The notes beneath the pieces were generated by a model. It was not told the origin of the DNA, did no database searches, and saw nothing but the letters and a program-made list of their open reading frames with translations. 32,586 nucleotides of DNA from Macrostomum lignano (lineage: Eukaryota). Where the stretch lies: positions 1 to 32,586 of the forward strand of contig NIVC01004877.1 of assembly GCA_002269645.1 (NCBI GenBank), written 5' to 3'. Below are positions 16,966 through 28,618 of the stretch, piece after piece (the first letter of the stretch is position 1; every line of letters begins with the position of its first letter). Made by a program: the position numbers and the translations under genes.

Positions 16966-19746
16966 ACTAAATGGCTACCTTGAGTTTGCAGCTTCAATAT
17001 TTGCAGCTAAGCCTTTCCCTTTGCCATTGCCTTTACTCTTATCATCCCCAGACCTTTATTCCATAGACTATCAACTACAAGGACAATAGACTATATGCCA
17101 CGTCACTTTAGCATGACTATGTCATATAAACACGATTTCAAATAGAAATTAAACGTGCAAAACTAGGAATTTGCCCAAGATTGCAATACCTTCATTTTAA
17201 CTTTTAATAAAAGGTTTAAACAAAATTAAATCAAACATTAAGCCTACTTTATCATTTAAGCAGATCTTTAAATAAAACTAGAAACTTCTAAGTTTTTTTT
17301 CATTCAATATTTAATAATCTAAAACAATTGTTAACAAAGGGAATTATATATTGATTTGGTTCTATGGGTGCAGCCACTATGTTGGTCATTTAGATAATAA
17401 GACATTCTAGTGACAAATATCCATTTCAGTGACAAGTTACTTCTGTGACAGACACAGTTCACTTTTAAGAAAAAAAAAGTTTTTTGTAAGTTGGTCATTT
17501 TAGTAATATGAGACATTCTATAATATTAGTTTATAGTGATTTTGTTAAGATTTATATCTTGTAAGTTTCAAAACTTCTGCCAAAAGATTAATATAGACAT
17601 GTATATTTTTAAGAAAAAAATGTTTCCTATGCAAGTCATGGTAAATTAGTCCCACAATATCCAGACAAAAAATAGACAATCATCTTTATAAAATGCCTTT
17701 TGAGGTGATCCACTAGTTTGATGTTAGATGTTGCACTATTATTAGCAGCTTCTTTCACCTTGGCCCTTGCCCTGGGTTGCTGTCTGCCACAAAGTAGCCT
17801 TCCTCCCCTTTAGCTGCCTGTTCTCTATCTCCCCTTCTTCTTTGTGCTCTTGCTTGTAGCCATGAGCTTCTCTACGCTATGGCCTGCTTTGCATTTCATT
17901 CCTATCCTAAGGTCATGCTAGTGGCCTATTTCCCTTGTTATATAAGCAAGTCACTTGACAAGTCTTGTTTTCTCAAAGTCAAACATGTTTACTATACTTG
18001 TTGGCCTATATTTATAGGAGGAATCATATGCTTCAGGGCCCTTGCCTTCTCTAAGGTAATAGGTGACTCATTTTTCTAAAAAAAGATACTGAGTCATGCA
18101 TCCCTATGCACTTTACCTGCAGACCCTGCCTTCTCTATAGTGGAGGCTGACGTTAGTTCTAAAAATAAGTAGTCATGAGGTCCGACACAGACTGGTACAG
18201 TGGGGATTCCTTGGTTATAAATACATGCCCTTACCCTTGGTTCCATCAAGGATTGTTATTATTGTTCTTCTTTAGTCTAGTTTTCCAGACTTTGTTCAGT
18301 TGCCCATTTAAGCTATCTATAATTGGCCTGACTAAACTAGATGCCAAAAGCCTAAGAGAGGCTAACACTGCCTTCCCAGCCACCCTTTGAGCCCAGCAGG
18401 GCCTGTTGACCAGGACACCTTGTTCATTAATCTGCAAATCTGCACACTGTGCTGAGTTCGTTGACTTGTTTATTTCATTCTAACAGGAAACTCACCTCAC
18501 CAAAGGCAAAGACCTGATTCCTGAAGGAACTAGTGACAGCACTACCTAGGCTACTAAGAGCTAATAGAAAGCTTCCGGTTGAGAAGACAGAGAGCCCAAA
18601 TCACTATGCTAGATAGCAAGAAAAGTACAGGTACAACATTGGTGGCAGCAATGGGATTCAAATACCTACCAGGCCACCCCGAGACAACCCTAAGTACTTC
18701 ACTTTCAACTTCAACTAAAGCTAAAAAATATTTGCCAAATTTGAAAAGTGTACAAGTTACAAACAAAATATTGCAAGTTTGCTTATTTATAGTAAATAAG
18801 CAAAACTGAATTAAACAACACTACCATTTTACAAGCCTCTAAATTTTATATTTCATTGCACTTAAGATTGGCAAGATATTTTTTGCTTGAATTGAAACCA
18901 CAATGGCTGTCACCAAAATAGTTTTTTTTCTTTTCATTGAAATGATGCACCAAAATATCGTCACTAAAATGACTATAATCTAGTACTGCCATGATGAGGA
19001 CTATGGCACCTTTGTGCCTAGTTGTATTATATACTAGAATATTATAAGCTTAGCTTATTATAGCTTAATTTATTTTGATGCTTTTTGTTTTATAGGTGGC
19101 ATTGATATAGTTAAATAACTATTCAATAATTGTATAATGATACATTCATTATATATTGTATAATGAATGAATAGTATACATGTTTTGTTAGATTATATTT
19201 AAAATAAAGGCACATGTTTCTATAAAACAAGTTTCTTATAAGCAGTGCTGATTATACATTAAAACAGTTTTTAATATTTACTAACTTTATTGAATTATTT
19301 TTAGCAGGCTTGCTACTTTATTGCCTTTAGTTTGGCAATAAATTTTAATATATAGAATTATTCCTAGCCCTGTTAAAAGAAAATATAGAAACATGGAAAA
19401 TAGAGAGGGGATTAGTCATAGCTTGTACATTCCAATATATGCAAACTCAGAGCAAAAGTCTTTCTATACTATCTGCAATAAAGCAGTATCTTACAGACAG
19501 CATGGAATCAGTGTTGGGATCCTACCTGATTCCTAGGATTTGAGGATAGAGAATGTTTTGGGATCATTTTCTAATGTATTAAGCATATATAAATGTTAAT
19601 TATTAAAACAAGATAGGATTTTCTTAAAGAAATCAGGATCTGAAGATGTAAAAGCAAGTCAGTCAAAATTAACTTATTGCTATTAATATTTAGTCTTAAG
19701 ACTCGACAAAATTAGACTCATTATAATAACTAAATCAAATGTCTGA

Positions 19747-22700
19747 ATGGATTTCAGAATGGGCGGTGGTACAGCATCCAACTCCAGCAAATGGGACTGG
19801 AAGACCATTGCGTTGGTGTCTGTGCCAGTAGCCGGGCTTGGCCTTGGAGTGGCTTATTACTATTTCTACCATCGGCGCTCTCAGAATGCTGAAAAGGGGG
19901 AAAAGAAAAAGGTTAGTCTTGATGCAGTGAAACTGTAAATTTATCCTGAGTCAAATATTGGCTTTTACAAGTATTTAGCTTAATACGAGCGTAACAACAG
20001 TTTCAATTGATGTTATATAATATGATTTGAAACCATGACACTAAGTTGTGAGCCTATGACTTAATTTGACCCTTAATGGTTTAGTTGATTTAATATCATG
20101 AATTCGTTTTTTTACCTGTATTAGCCTTTATCATCCATTTCGTGACCTGACTTGACCTTATTCGTCACCTGGTTTGACCCTGTATCACCCACCTTACTTG
20201 ATATCATTATATCGTTCAAGTTAGTGACCTGACTTGACCCTTAAAAATTCAGTATGTGACCTTACTTGACCCTTAAAAATTCAGTATGTGACCTTACTTG
20301 ACCCTTAAAAATTCAGTATGTGACCTGACTTGACCCTTAAAAATTCAGTATGTGACCTTACTTGACCCTTAAAAATTCAGTATGTGACCTGACTTGACCC
20401 TTAAAAATTAGTATGTGACCTGACTTGACCCTTAAAAATTCAGTATGTGACCTTACTTGACCTTTAAAAATTCAGTATGTGACCTTACTTGACCCTTAAA
20501 AATTCAGTATGTGACCTTACTTGACCCTTAAAAATTCAGTATGTGACCTTACTTGACCCTTAAAAATTCAGTATGTGACCTTACTTGACCCTCAAAAATT
20601 CAGTATGTTACCTTACTTGACCCTTAAAAATTCAGTATGTGACCTTACTTGACCCTTAAAATTCAGTATGTGACCTGACTTGACCTTTAAAAATTCAGTA
20701 TGTGACCTTACTTGACCTTTAAAAATTCAGTATGGGACCTTACTTGACCCTTAAAAATTCAGTATGTGACCTTACTTGACCTTTAAAAATTCAGTATGTG
20801 ACCTTACTTGACCCTTAAAAATTCAGTATGTGACCTAACTTGACCCTTAGCAGTTAAGCTCTCTTGACCTTTCTTGTCCTGAACCAGAGCGTCGAAGAAT
20901 CGACAGGACAATCTTCTCAAGAAGCGTCTCCGCCGCCATCGCAGCAACAGCCGCAGCAACAGCAGCAGCAGCCAGCAACTCCGCTAGAAGCCGCACTGCA
21001 GGTGAAAGAGCGCGGCAATAAATACTATCGAGGCGGTCGCTACGACAAAGCAATCGAATGCTACTCTGAAGCTATCGATCTTTGCCCGCCAGACCAATCC
21101 GACACCCTGTCAACATTCTATCAGAATCGCGCCGCGGCCCTGGAGTCGCTGGGCAAATGGGACGATGTCGAGCGGGATTGCACTAGCGCCCTGGAGCACA
21201 GTCCTCGCTACACTAAAGCTCTGGCTCGTAGGGCTAAAGTTCGTGAACGCTTAGGCGAACTTCGCGGAGCTTTGGTTGATATTACCGCTGTGTGCATTCT
21301 GGAGAGCTTTAGCAACTCGGACAGCTTGACCAGGGCTGAGCAGGTAACCTTTGACCCTGTGATCTTGGCCTTAGGGTGTGTTTATAACCTTTGACCCTGT
21401 GACCTTGGCCTTAGTGTGTGTTTATAACCTTTGACCCTGTGACCTTGGCCTTAGTGTGTCTGTTTATAACCTTTGACCCTGTGACCTTGGCCTTAGTGTG
21501 TGTTTATGACCTTTGACCCTGTAACCTTGGCCTTAGTGTGTGTTTATGACCTTTGACCCTGTGACCTTAATACTGAAATATGAACTTTCGACCTTTCCTA
21601 ACCTCACCCATGTGGGGTCTCACCTTCCATCTATATTTCAGGTTCTAAAAAGTCGCGGTCGTCAATTAGCTAAAGAATCCGCCAGTCGCATTGTTCCCTC
21701 GTTGCCTAGCAAGGCGTTTCTGCGCTCTTTTTTCATGTCGTTCTCCGAGGACCCTGTGCAGCGAGAGCCCATCGGCTCCGACCCGTTCAGTGCCGCTCTG
21801 CAGGCTCTGAGCGATGACAAATTCGATCAGCTGATTGGCCTGTGCGAGGAGGCGTTGAAAGCTCCGGTGCACTCTAACGGTACGGTTGCTGAGGCTGTAA
21901 TTAGTGCCGCTAATTCTTAGCAATCTGATTTTTACATGTTCGCACAGATTCTCTTCCAGATCTTCAGTTGCTGGGCCAGCCTCACAGATCCCCAGTTGCT
22001 GGGTCATCAGCCTCCCGGATCCCCAGTTGCTGGGTCATCAGCCTCCCGAATCCCCAGTTGCTGGGTCATCAGCTTCCCAGATCCCCAGTAGCTGGGTCAT
22101 CAGCCTCCCGGATCCCCAGTTGCTGGGTCACCAGCCTCCCGGATCCCCAGTAGCTGGGTCATCAGCCTCCCGGATCCCCAGTTGCTGGGTCATCAGCCTC
22201 CCGGATCCCCAGTTGCTGGGTCATCAGCTTCCCGGATCCCCAGTTGCTGGGTCATGAGCCTCCCAGATCCTTAGTTGCTGGGTCACCAGCCTCCCGGATC
22301 CCCAGTTGCTGGGTCATCAGCCTCTCAGATCCCCAGTTGCTGGGTCACCAGCCTCTCAGATCCCAAGTTGCTGGGTCACCAGCCTCTCAGATCCCCAGTT
22401 GCTGGGTCACCAGCCTCTCAGATCCCCAGTTGCTGGGTCACCATATTAACCATTATTTCCATCGCAGGCTCCGCGCAGACGCCCTCGTCAACAGCATCAG
22501 CCGAGGCAAGCCAAGCTGCAGGTGAATCCGGTGACGAGCCGCAGCCGCAGGAGCAGCAACAGGAACAACAGGCAGCCGAGAAGCAATCCTATCTCACTCC
22601 GTATCGCAGAGATCTCTGCCGCCTGTTTCTGGCCACCCTGCAGCTGCTGTCCGGCCAGCCCCTGTCAGCCGAGCCCACGTTGAAGAGCCTGGCCAACTCC

Positions 22701-24973
22701 AATGACGTTGACCGGTCCGTCAGGGCCAACGCTCTCATTAAGCTGGCGTCCCTTGCTATGCAGGCGGCGATGCCAGGCCAAACTGATGTGCTAACTGATA
22801 GCGTGCTGGGCCATTTCGATCGAGCGCTGCAGCTGTGCCCGGATCATCCTGACGCTCATCATCATCGGGGCCAGATGCTGCTGCTCACCGACCGGCTGGA
22901 CGAAGCTTTGGTGCATCTTACTAAAGCTTGCGAGGTTAGTTTGTATTTGACTGTTTAGGTTTTTTTTCCTTCTTTGAATATTAGGCTCGCCTCTTCAACT
23001 GCCGATTCCCCACCATCAAAATCCAAAATTTGAATCCCAACTCCCCACCATCGAAATCCCCATTTTAGAGATCCCGATTCCCCACCATCGAAGTCCCCTT
23101 TTTAGATCCCCCTTCCCCACCATCAAAATCCCCATTTTAGATCCCCACTCTCCACCATCGAAATCCCCATTTTAAATCCCCATTCTTCACCATCGAAGTC
23201 CCCATTTTAGATCCCTATTCTCCACCATCGAAGTCCCCATTTTAGATCCCTATTCTCCACCATCGAAGTCCCCATTTTAGATCCCTATTCTCCACCATCG
23301 AAGTCCCCATTTTAGATCCCTATTCTCCACCATCGAAGTCCCCATTTTAGATCCCTATTCTCCACCATCGAAGTCCCCATTTTAGATCCCCATTCTCCAC
23401 CATCAAAATCCGCATTTAAACAAAACATTGCCAGAAAGCAGACAGCCGACAGATCATAAAAAGTGCAACAATAAGCTTGGAACTCTCGCTAGACCTTGCT
23501 AGAAACCCCATTCTCCACCATCGGAATCCGCGTTTAGATCCCCATTCCCCATTATCGAAATCCCCATTTTACATCCCGATTTCCCAATATATGAATCCTT
23601 GCACTTTACCAAAAAATCATACATACTAAAAATTCTTCCCTAAAAACTCGCCGCAGGGTGCCCCAGCCAATCCAATTCCCGCGGTGCAGCGCGCCTACGC
23701 CTCCCACCGAACCGGGTCGGGCGCCAACGCACTCGACCAGCTTCGCCGTTTAACCGAGAAGCATCGCCGTTGCGGTGAAGCGCATTCGCTCTACGCCCAG
23801 GCCCTGCTAGAGACGCAACAGTTTGACGAGGCGGAGAAAGCGTTTAAACGGGTTACTGAGGTTTGTACCGACTCTTACCGACTGGCCTGTTTTTCGTGAA
23901 ATTCACAACCATGAGGGCCGGCCTCCCTGAGGCAGAGTGGCTGTATCAGGGCCGTTTTATACACTGTGTCCCAGATCCACAGTTGCTGGGTCACCAGCCT
24001 CCCAGATCCCCAGTTGCTGGCTCACCAGCCTCCCAGATCCCCAGTTGCTGGCTCACCAGCCTCCCAGATCCCCAGTTGCTGGCTCACCAGCCTCCCAGAT
24101 CCCCAGTTGCTGGCTCACCAGCCTCCCAGATCCTCAGTTACTGGGTCAGCAGTCTCCCAGATCACCAGTTGCTGGGTCACCAGTCTCCCAGATCACCAGT
24201 TGCTGGGTCACCAGACTCCCAAATCCCCAGTTGCTGGGTCACCAGACTCCCAAATCCCCAGTTTCTGGGTCACCAGACTCCCAAATCCCCAGTTGCTGGG
24301 TCACCAGCCTTCCAGATCCTCTGTTGCTGGGTCACCAGCCTCCCAGATAGATCCCCAGTTGCTGGGTCACCAGCCTCCCAGATAGATCCCCAGTTGCTGG
24401 GTCACCAGCCTCCCAGATAGATCCCCAGTTGCTGGGTCACCAGCCTCCCAGATAGATCCCCAGTTGCTGGGTCACCAGCCTCCCAGATAGATCCCCAGTT
24501 GCTGGGTCGGCCTCCCTAAGGCAGAGTCTCTGTATCAGGGCTGTTGTACACCTTGTGTGAGCGTGCTCATGAGTTTCAGCAAGAACTGAGCATTGTTGAA
24601 GCATCTGACTGCTCCATGCTTCCCATAATCACAGCTCGAGCCAGATTCGGGCACAGCGTACGTACACCAGGGCCTGCTGAGACTGCAGGCTCACAACGAC
24701 ACCGAAGGCGGTGTAGCCCTAATCCAACGCGCCCTAGAAGTGGAACCTCGCTGCGAATTTGCCCTAGAAACTTTGGCCACTATCGAAGTCCAGCGTGGCA
24801 ACTTGGACGCCGCCATCGGCCTGTTTGATCGGGCTATCGCTCTGACTAAGACTGAGGCTGAGTTGGCTCACCTGTGGGCGCTGCGGGAGGCTGCCGATGT
24901 GCAACTGCAACTGGCCCGAGATATGGGCCTGCGAATGCCTTCATTGGCTGCCGGCATGCACCAGGCCTTCTGA
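19747..24973 (+). CDS. TOMM70: mitochondrial import receptor subunit TOM70
   Basis: Exons 19747-19911, 20888-21343, 21642-21879, 22468-22934, 23657-23860 and 24635-24973 join in phase to give 622 aa. N-terminal signal anchor ALVSVPVAGLGLGVAYYYFY. TPRs KERGNKYYRGGRYDKAIECYSEAI, FYQNRAAA and DITAVCILE. C-terminal CEFALETLATIEVQRGN...KTEAELAHL. Confidence 0.95.
20225..20848. repeat. 32-bp minisatellite, about 19.5 copies (Tom70 intron 1)
   Basis: Unit TGACCTTACTTGACCCTTAAAAATTCAGTATG. Confidence 0.95.
21344..21568. repeat. 40-bp minisatellite, about 5.5 copies (Tom70 intron 2)
   Basis: Unit ACCTTTGACCCTGTGACCTTGGCCTTAGTGTGTGTTTATA. Confidence 0.93.
21966..22441. repeat. 31-bp minisatellite, about 15 copies (Tom70 intron 3)
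   Basis: Unit AGTTGCTGGGTCA(T/C)CAGCCTCCCGGATCCCC. Confidence 0.95.
23000..23585. repeat. 35-bp minisatellite (Tom70 intron 4)
   Basis: Unit CCCCATTTTAGATCCCTATTCTCCACCATCGAAGT. Homogeneous core at about 23190-23400 with degenerate edges. Confidence 0.9.
23975..24507. repeat. 31-bp minisatellite, same family as intron 3 (Tom70 intron 5)
   Basis: Unit AGTTGCTGGGTCACCAGCCTCCCAGATCCCC, with a 35-bp variant (extra ATAG) at the 3' end. Confidence 0.95.
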
Positions 24974-25090
24974 CATTTTCCAGCCCTGATTGTCTGCTCA
25001 ACACGATGCTAGCAAAATTATTCTGAATTTTATAATGTCTAATTATACATTCATTATACTGTGTGAGGCGTCTTTTCTGACTTTTACACT

Positions 25091-25277
25091 GTCGGTCTGT
25101 CTGTCCGTCTGTCTGTCTGTCTATCTGTCTGTGTGTCTGTCTTTCTGTCTGTCTGTCTGTGTGTCTGTCTGTCGTCTGTCTGTCTGTCTGTCTTTCTGTC
25201 TCTCTTTTAGTGCTGTCTGTCTGTCTGTCTGTCTGTCTGTGTGTCTGTCTGTCGTCTGTCTGTCTCTCTTTTAGTGC

Positions 25278-25316
<39 letters not shown>

Positions 25317-25417
25317 CTGTCTGTCTATCTGTCTGTGTGTCTGTCTTTCTGTCTGTCTGTCTGTGTGTCTGTCTGTCGTCTGTCTGTCTGTCTTTCTGTC
25401 TGTCTCTCTTTTAGTGC

Positions 25418-25462
<45 letters not shown>

Positions 25463-25503
25463 TTTAGTGCTGTCTGTCTGTCTGTCTGTCTCTCTTTTAG
25501 TGC

Positions 25504-25540
<37 letters not shown>

Positions 25541-25621
25541 TTTAGTGCTGTCTGTCTGTCCGTCTGTCTGTCTGTCTATCTGTCTGTCTGTCTGTCTTTC
25601 TGTCTGTCTCTCTTTTAGTGC

Positions 25622-25670
<49 letters not shown>

Positions 25671-25736
25671 TTTAGTGCTGTCTGTCTGTCTGTCTTTTAT
25701 TGCTGTCTGTCTGTCTGTCTGTCTCTCTTTTAGTGC

Positions 25737-25773
<37 letters not shown>

Positions 25774-25818
25774 TTTAGTGCTGTCTGTCTGTCTGTCTGT
25801 CTGTCTCTCTTTTAGTGC

Positions 25819-25866
<48 letters not shown>
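25091..25866. repeat. (TCTG)n-based compound repeat punctuated by CTCTTTTAGTGC
   Basis: TCTG runs separated by recurring CTCTTTTAGTGC. A block of about 200 bp with the same variant pattern appears at about 25100 and 25303. Confidence 0.95.
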
Positions 25867-25867
<1 letters not shown>

Positions 25868-27374
25868 TTTAGATTAAAAAAACTAATTGGCATTTTGTGT
25901 GTGTACGTCTCTTCTGATATCTCCTAGCTACTATTAGTAGTGTCTTAATCGTCTGTTTCTATGTTTTTTATGCGTTATCCCTATAGGACATCTATTCTAT
26001 ATCCTTTTTCTTTCTTTATTTGTCCATCGATCGTCTCTTATCTTCCTAATTTTCTTCATTCTATTTCTATATTAACATTTTACATTATTTCTATCTCTCT
26101 CTGTCTATCGCTTTTTATATCTCTTTTCTATTCCTCACCTATTGTATCACTGTGTAATACCTTTATTATGCTTAATTCATTGGTCATTTCTTCTATACTT
26201 TTAGGGTGGCTAATTTAGTAGTTAATAGATTATTAAAATAAAATATTGCATATACTTACTGTTAGACATTGTATTGGCTTTTCAATGTCAGTTACTTAGG
26301 ATATTAAATAATTATTATAACAAAAATACTAAGTGTACAATTTAGTATGCACAAGTGAAGCAGATTTTTTCTTCTCATGTTCGAATGTTTTTTGTCATGT
26401 GTCAGTCTTACAGTGCCTGGCATATTTGGATTATTATTATTATTAGAGGCAGGGATATTTGGATTAGTGAATATTAATTAATAATCATAAATTTATTTTG
26501 TACTAAAGGACTCGGAATTACCGAGTTACCCAAGTTGCCTTGTTGTTGTGGCTTTACACGAACTTATAGAAGTGCTTTGTTTAATAAAATTGCTCCTAGC
26601 AATTAATTCATATGGACTGGTTTGCCAAATTTGGCAGCTTGTAATAGAAAAAGAGGATAATGCGTTTGGTGCGCTACTTCTAGTAGAAATATTTGGAAGC
26701 GTCGTTAAATAAACTACGCGTAAAATTAAAATCGCAAAAAACATTTTGCTATGTATTCGTGCTACTATAAGTAGTATGTTAGTAGCATCTAATTATTGCG
26801 ACAGAAGGAAGCTAAAAAGTTTTGTTAAAGTTAAGACTTTTATTGGTTTTTTTGTTGTTGCTATAATTGCATTATTGCATCCATCCATCTGTTTGTTTAA
26901 ATTCGCACTATGTTGCAGAGCTGTTGGCGCAATTAATAAATCATTATTTTTGCGCTTCTTTTAGCTTGTGTTTATTAATTTTTAATCGTATTGTTAAATT
27001 TTGGTGTGACCAAGTTAGCGAAGGAAATTTGATAGCAGTAAATACATATATGGTACTTATTTTTTGCCTGGAAGCTCTTTGGTTGATAAAATGTTCGAGT
27101 GAATACTCGTTAGGGTTTCTTATTTATTTCAGTAAAATTAGTTTTAGTTATTAAGCTTAGCAATTAGCAGTATTAAGCTAGTTATAACATTCTATATTGT
27201 TAAAACTTCTTAGTGACAGTTAGAATATCCTGCAATTTTATTAAAGTTTGATTTTTAATACTTTGCTAAGGGTGTCAGTTTTCAAGCATAAATAGAAGCA
27301 TATAAGATATATTATACTGGTAATAGTGAATTTGCTCTGATTTTTATTGTCTTCACTGTTGATTGCATCTCTTC

Positions 27375-28618
27375 TTATTCGGAATCTGCTGTGTCGTTGT
27401 ACACAACTCCAGCGTACTTGGCAGCCTCCGAGGGCAGCTGCAGCTCGATCTTGGACCGCCACTGCTCCGCCAGCTGCTTGATGTCGGCGCCGGTTCCTCC
27501 ATACTCGGCAGGTAAAATCCTGGCCGGGATCTCCGACTGCAGCGACTCTTTCGAGCTCTTGTGAACTCGGACCAGCTCCTTGACCGACTTGCTCATGAAC
27601 ATCTTGAGCAGTTCGTACAGTGCGTTGAACACAGTGGATGTGTTGAAATAGTTGACATGTTTCAGCTTCACTGGATAGGCGTCCTGAATAGCCGACAGCT
27701 TCTTGGTCGCGTCCCTGCTCCAGTAGCTTAAATGTCGCATCTCAAAACCCTGCGCGGTGTAAGAGAAGAACGATCGATCTGTATCATATGCATGCAGCTC
27801 AACTTTGAAGCATTTTTTAAGGTGTCCTTATGTCTAGGTAAAACGTCATTCGAGCAAAGCTGTCACAGTCGAGTACATATGACACACTTGAGCACAGCCG
27901 TCACACTTGAGCACAGCTGTCACATTTGAGCACAGCTGTCACACTTGAGCACAGCCGTCACACTTGAGCACAGCCGTCACACTTGAGAACAGCCGTCACA
28001 CTTGAGCACAGCTGTCACACTTGAGCACAGCCGTCACACTTGAGCACAGCCGTCACACTTGAGCACAGCTGTCACACTTGAGCACAGCCGTCACACTTTA
28101 GCACAGCTGCCACCTTCACACACGCGAGTCTCAGATCTGAGGCACCGCATCCAGCCTCATCAGCTCAAGCTGCTCACCTGGAAGTCCACCATGGTGACGA
28201 GTCCGGCAGTCCTGGTTGCCGGATCAGCGCACAGCACATCGTAGCACATGTTCATGTAGCGGGACATGTCCTCAAAGCTGACCCTGTCGGGCTGCCACAG
28301 TCCGCTGCGGAACAGCACCACGGCTGCTCCGTTGTCATCGTAGCCCAGCTGCACCACGTAGCCGACAGACAAGAGCTCCTGGATCGGCTCGGAGCTCACA
28401 TCCGGGTACTCGAACCAGTCAGCGGCGCCCTTGGTCTTGGATGCTCGAACTCGACAGAAGTCCGCGAGGCGGCGTCTGGCTGCTTCGACTCTGCTGTCGT
28501 CCGCGGTGGCCACCTCCAGGAACTTGGCGAGCACCTCGTCAGGCAGGCTGAGGCCCTTCAGCGTGTCCTGGGACTCCGCCCAGCAGCGCAGGTCGGCGAT
28601 CTCTGCTTCTGAGGCCAT
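27375..28618 (-). CDS. CRAL-TRIO (Sec14-like) lipid-binding protein, alpha-tocopherol transfer protein/clavesin-like, complement(join(27375..27749,28178..28618)), 271 aa
   Basis: MASEAEIADLRCWA...LPDEVLAKFL...ARRRLADFCRVR (CRAL_TRIO_N). GYDDNGAAVVLFRSGLWQPD, GLVTMVDFQ|GFEMRHL, IQDAYPVKLKHVNYFN, VRVH and ILPAEYGG. Phase-0 GT-AG intron 27750-28177. Confidence 0.92.
27883..28110. repeat. 19-bp minisatellite, about 12 copies (CRAL-TRIO intron)
   Basis: Unit CACTTGAGCACAGC(C/T)GTCA. Confidence 0.95.

Noticed and set aside
17700-18480. long decayed minus-strand ORF (PARP-like impression)
   Set aside because: Stop density is about what a random frame gives, and no diagnostic motif was recognised.
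21966-22441. hammerhead ribozyme satellite (minus-strand CTGATGA followed by a CCCAG-CAA-CTGGG stem)
   Set aside because: The obligatory GAAA after stem II is GATC, stems I/III and a cleavage triplet are not formed, and many units lack CTGATGA.
21904-24420. Pro/Ser/Gln-rich ORFs (SPVAGSPASQIPSCW...)
   Set aside because: Products of the 31-bp intronic minisatellite lying within Tom70 introns.
20225-24507. CRISPR-like arrays
   Set aside because: Head-to-tail tandem units without unique spacers, no cas genes, and a eukaryotic intronic context.
24990-25927. Cys/Leu/Ser/Val-rich ORFs
   Set aside because: Translations of the TCTG compound repeat.
26640-26770. piggyBac C-terminal Cys-rich domain remnant (RKRG*CVWC...NYA*N*...LLC)
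   Set aside because: The second CxxC is not recoverable and no catalytic-domain motif was found upstream. Too weak without an HMM search.
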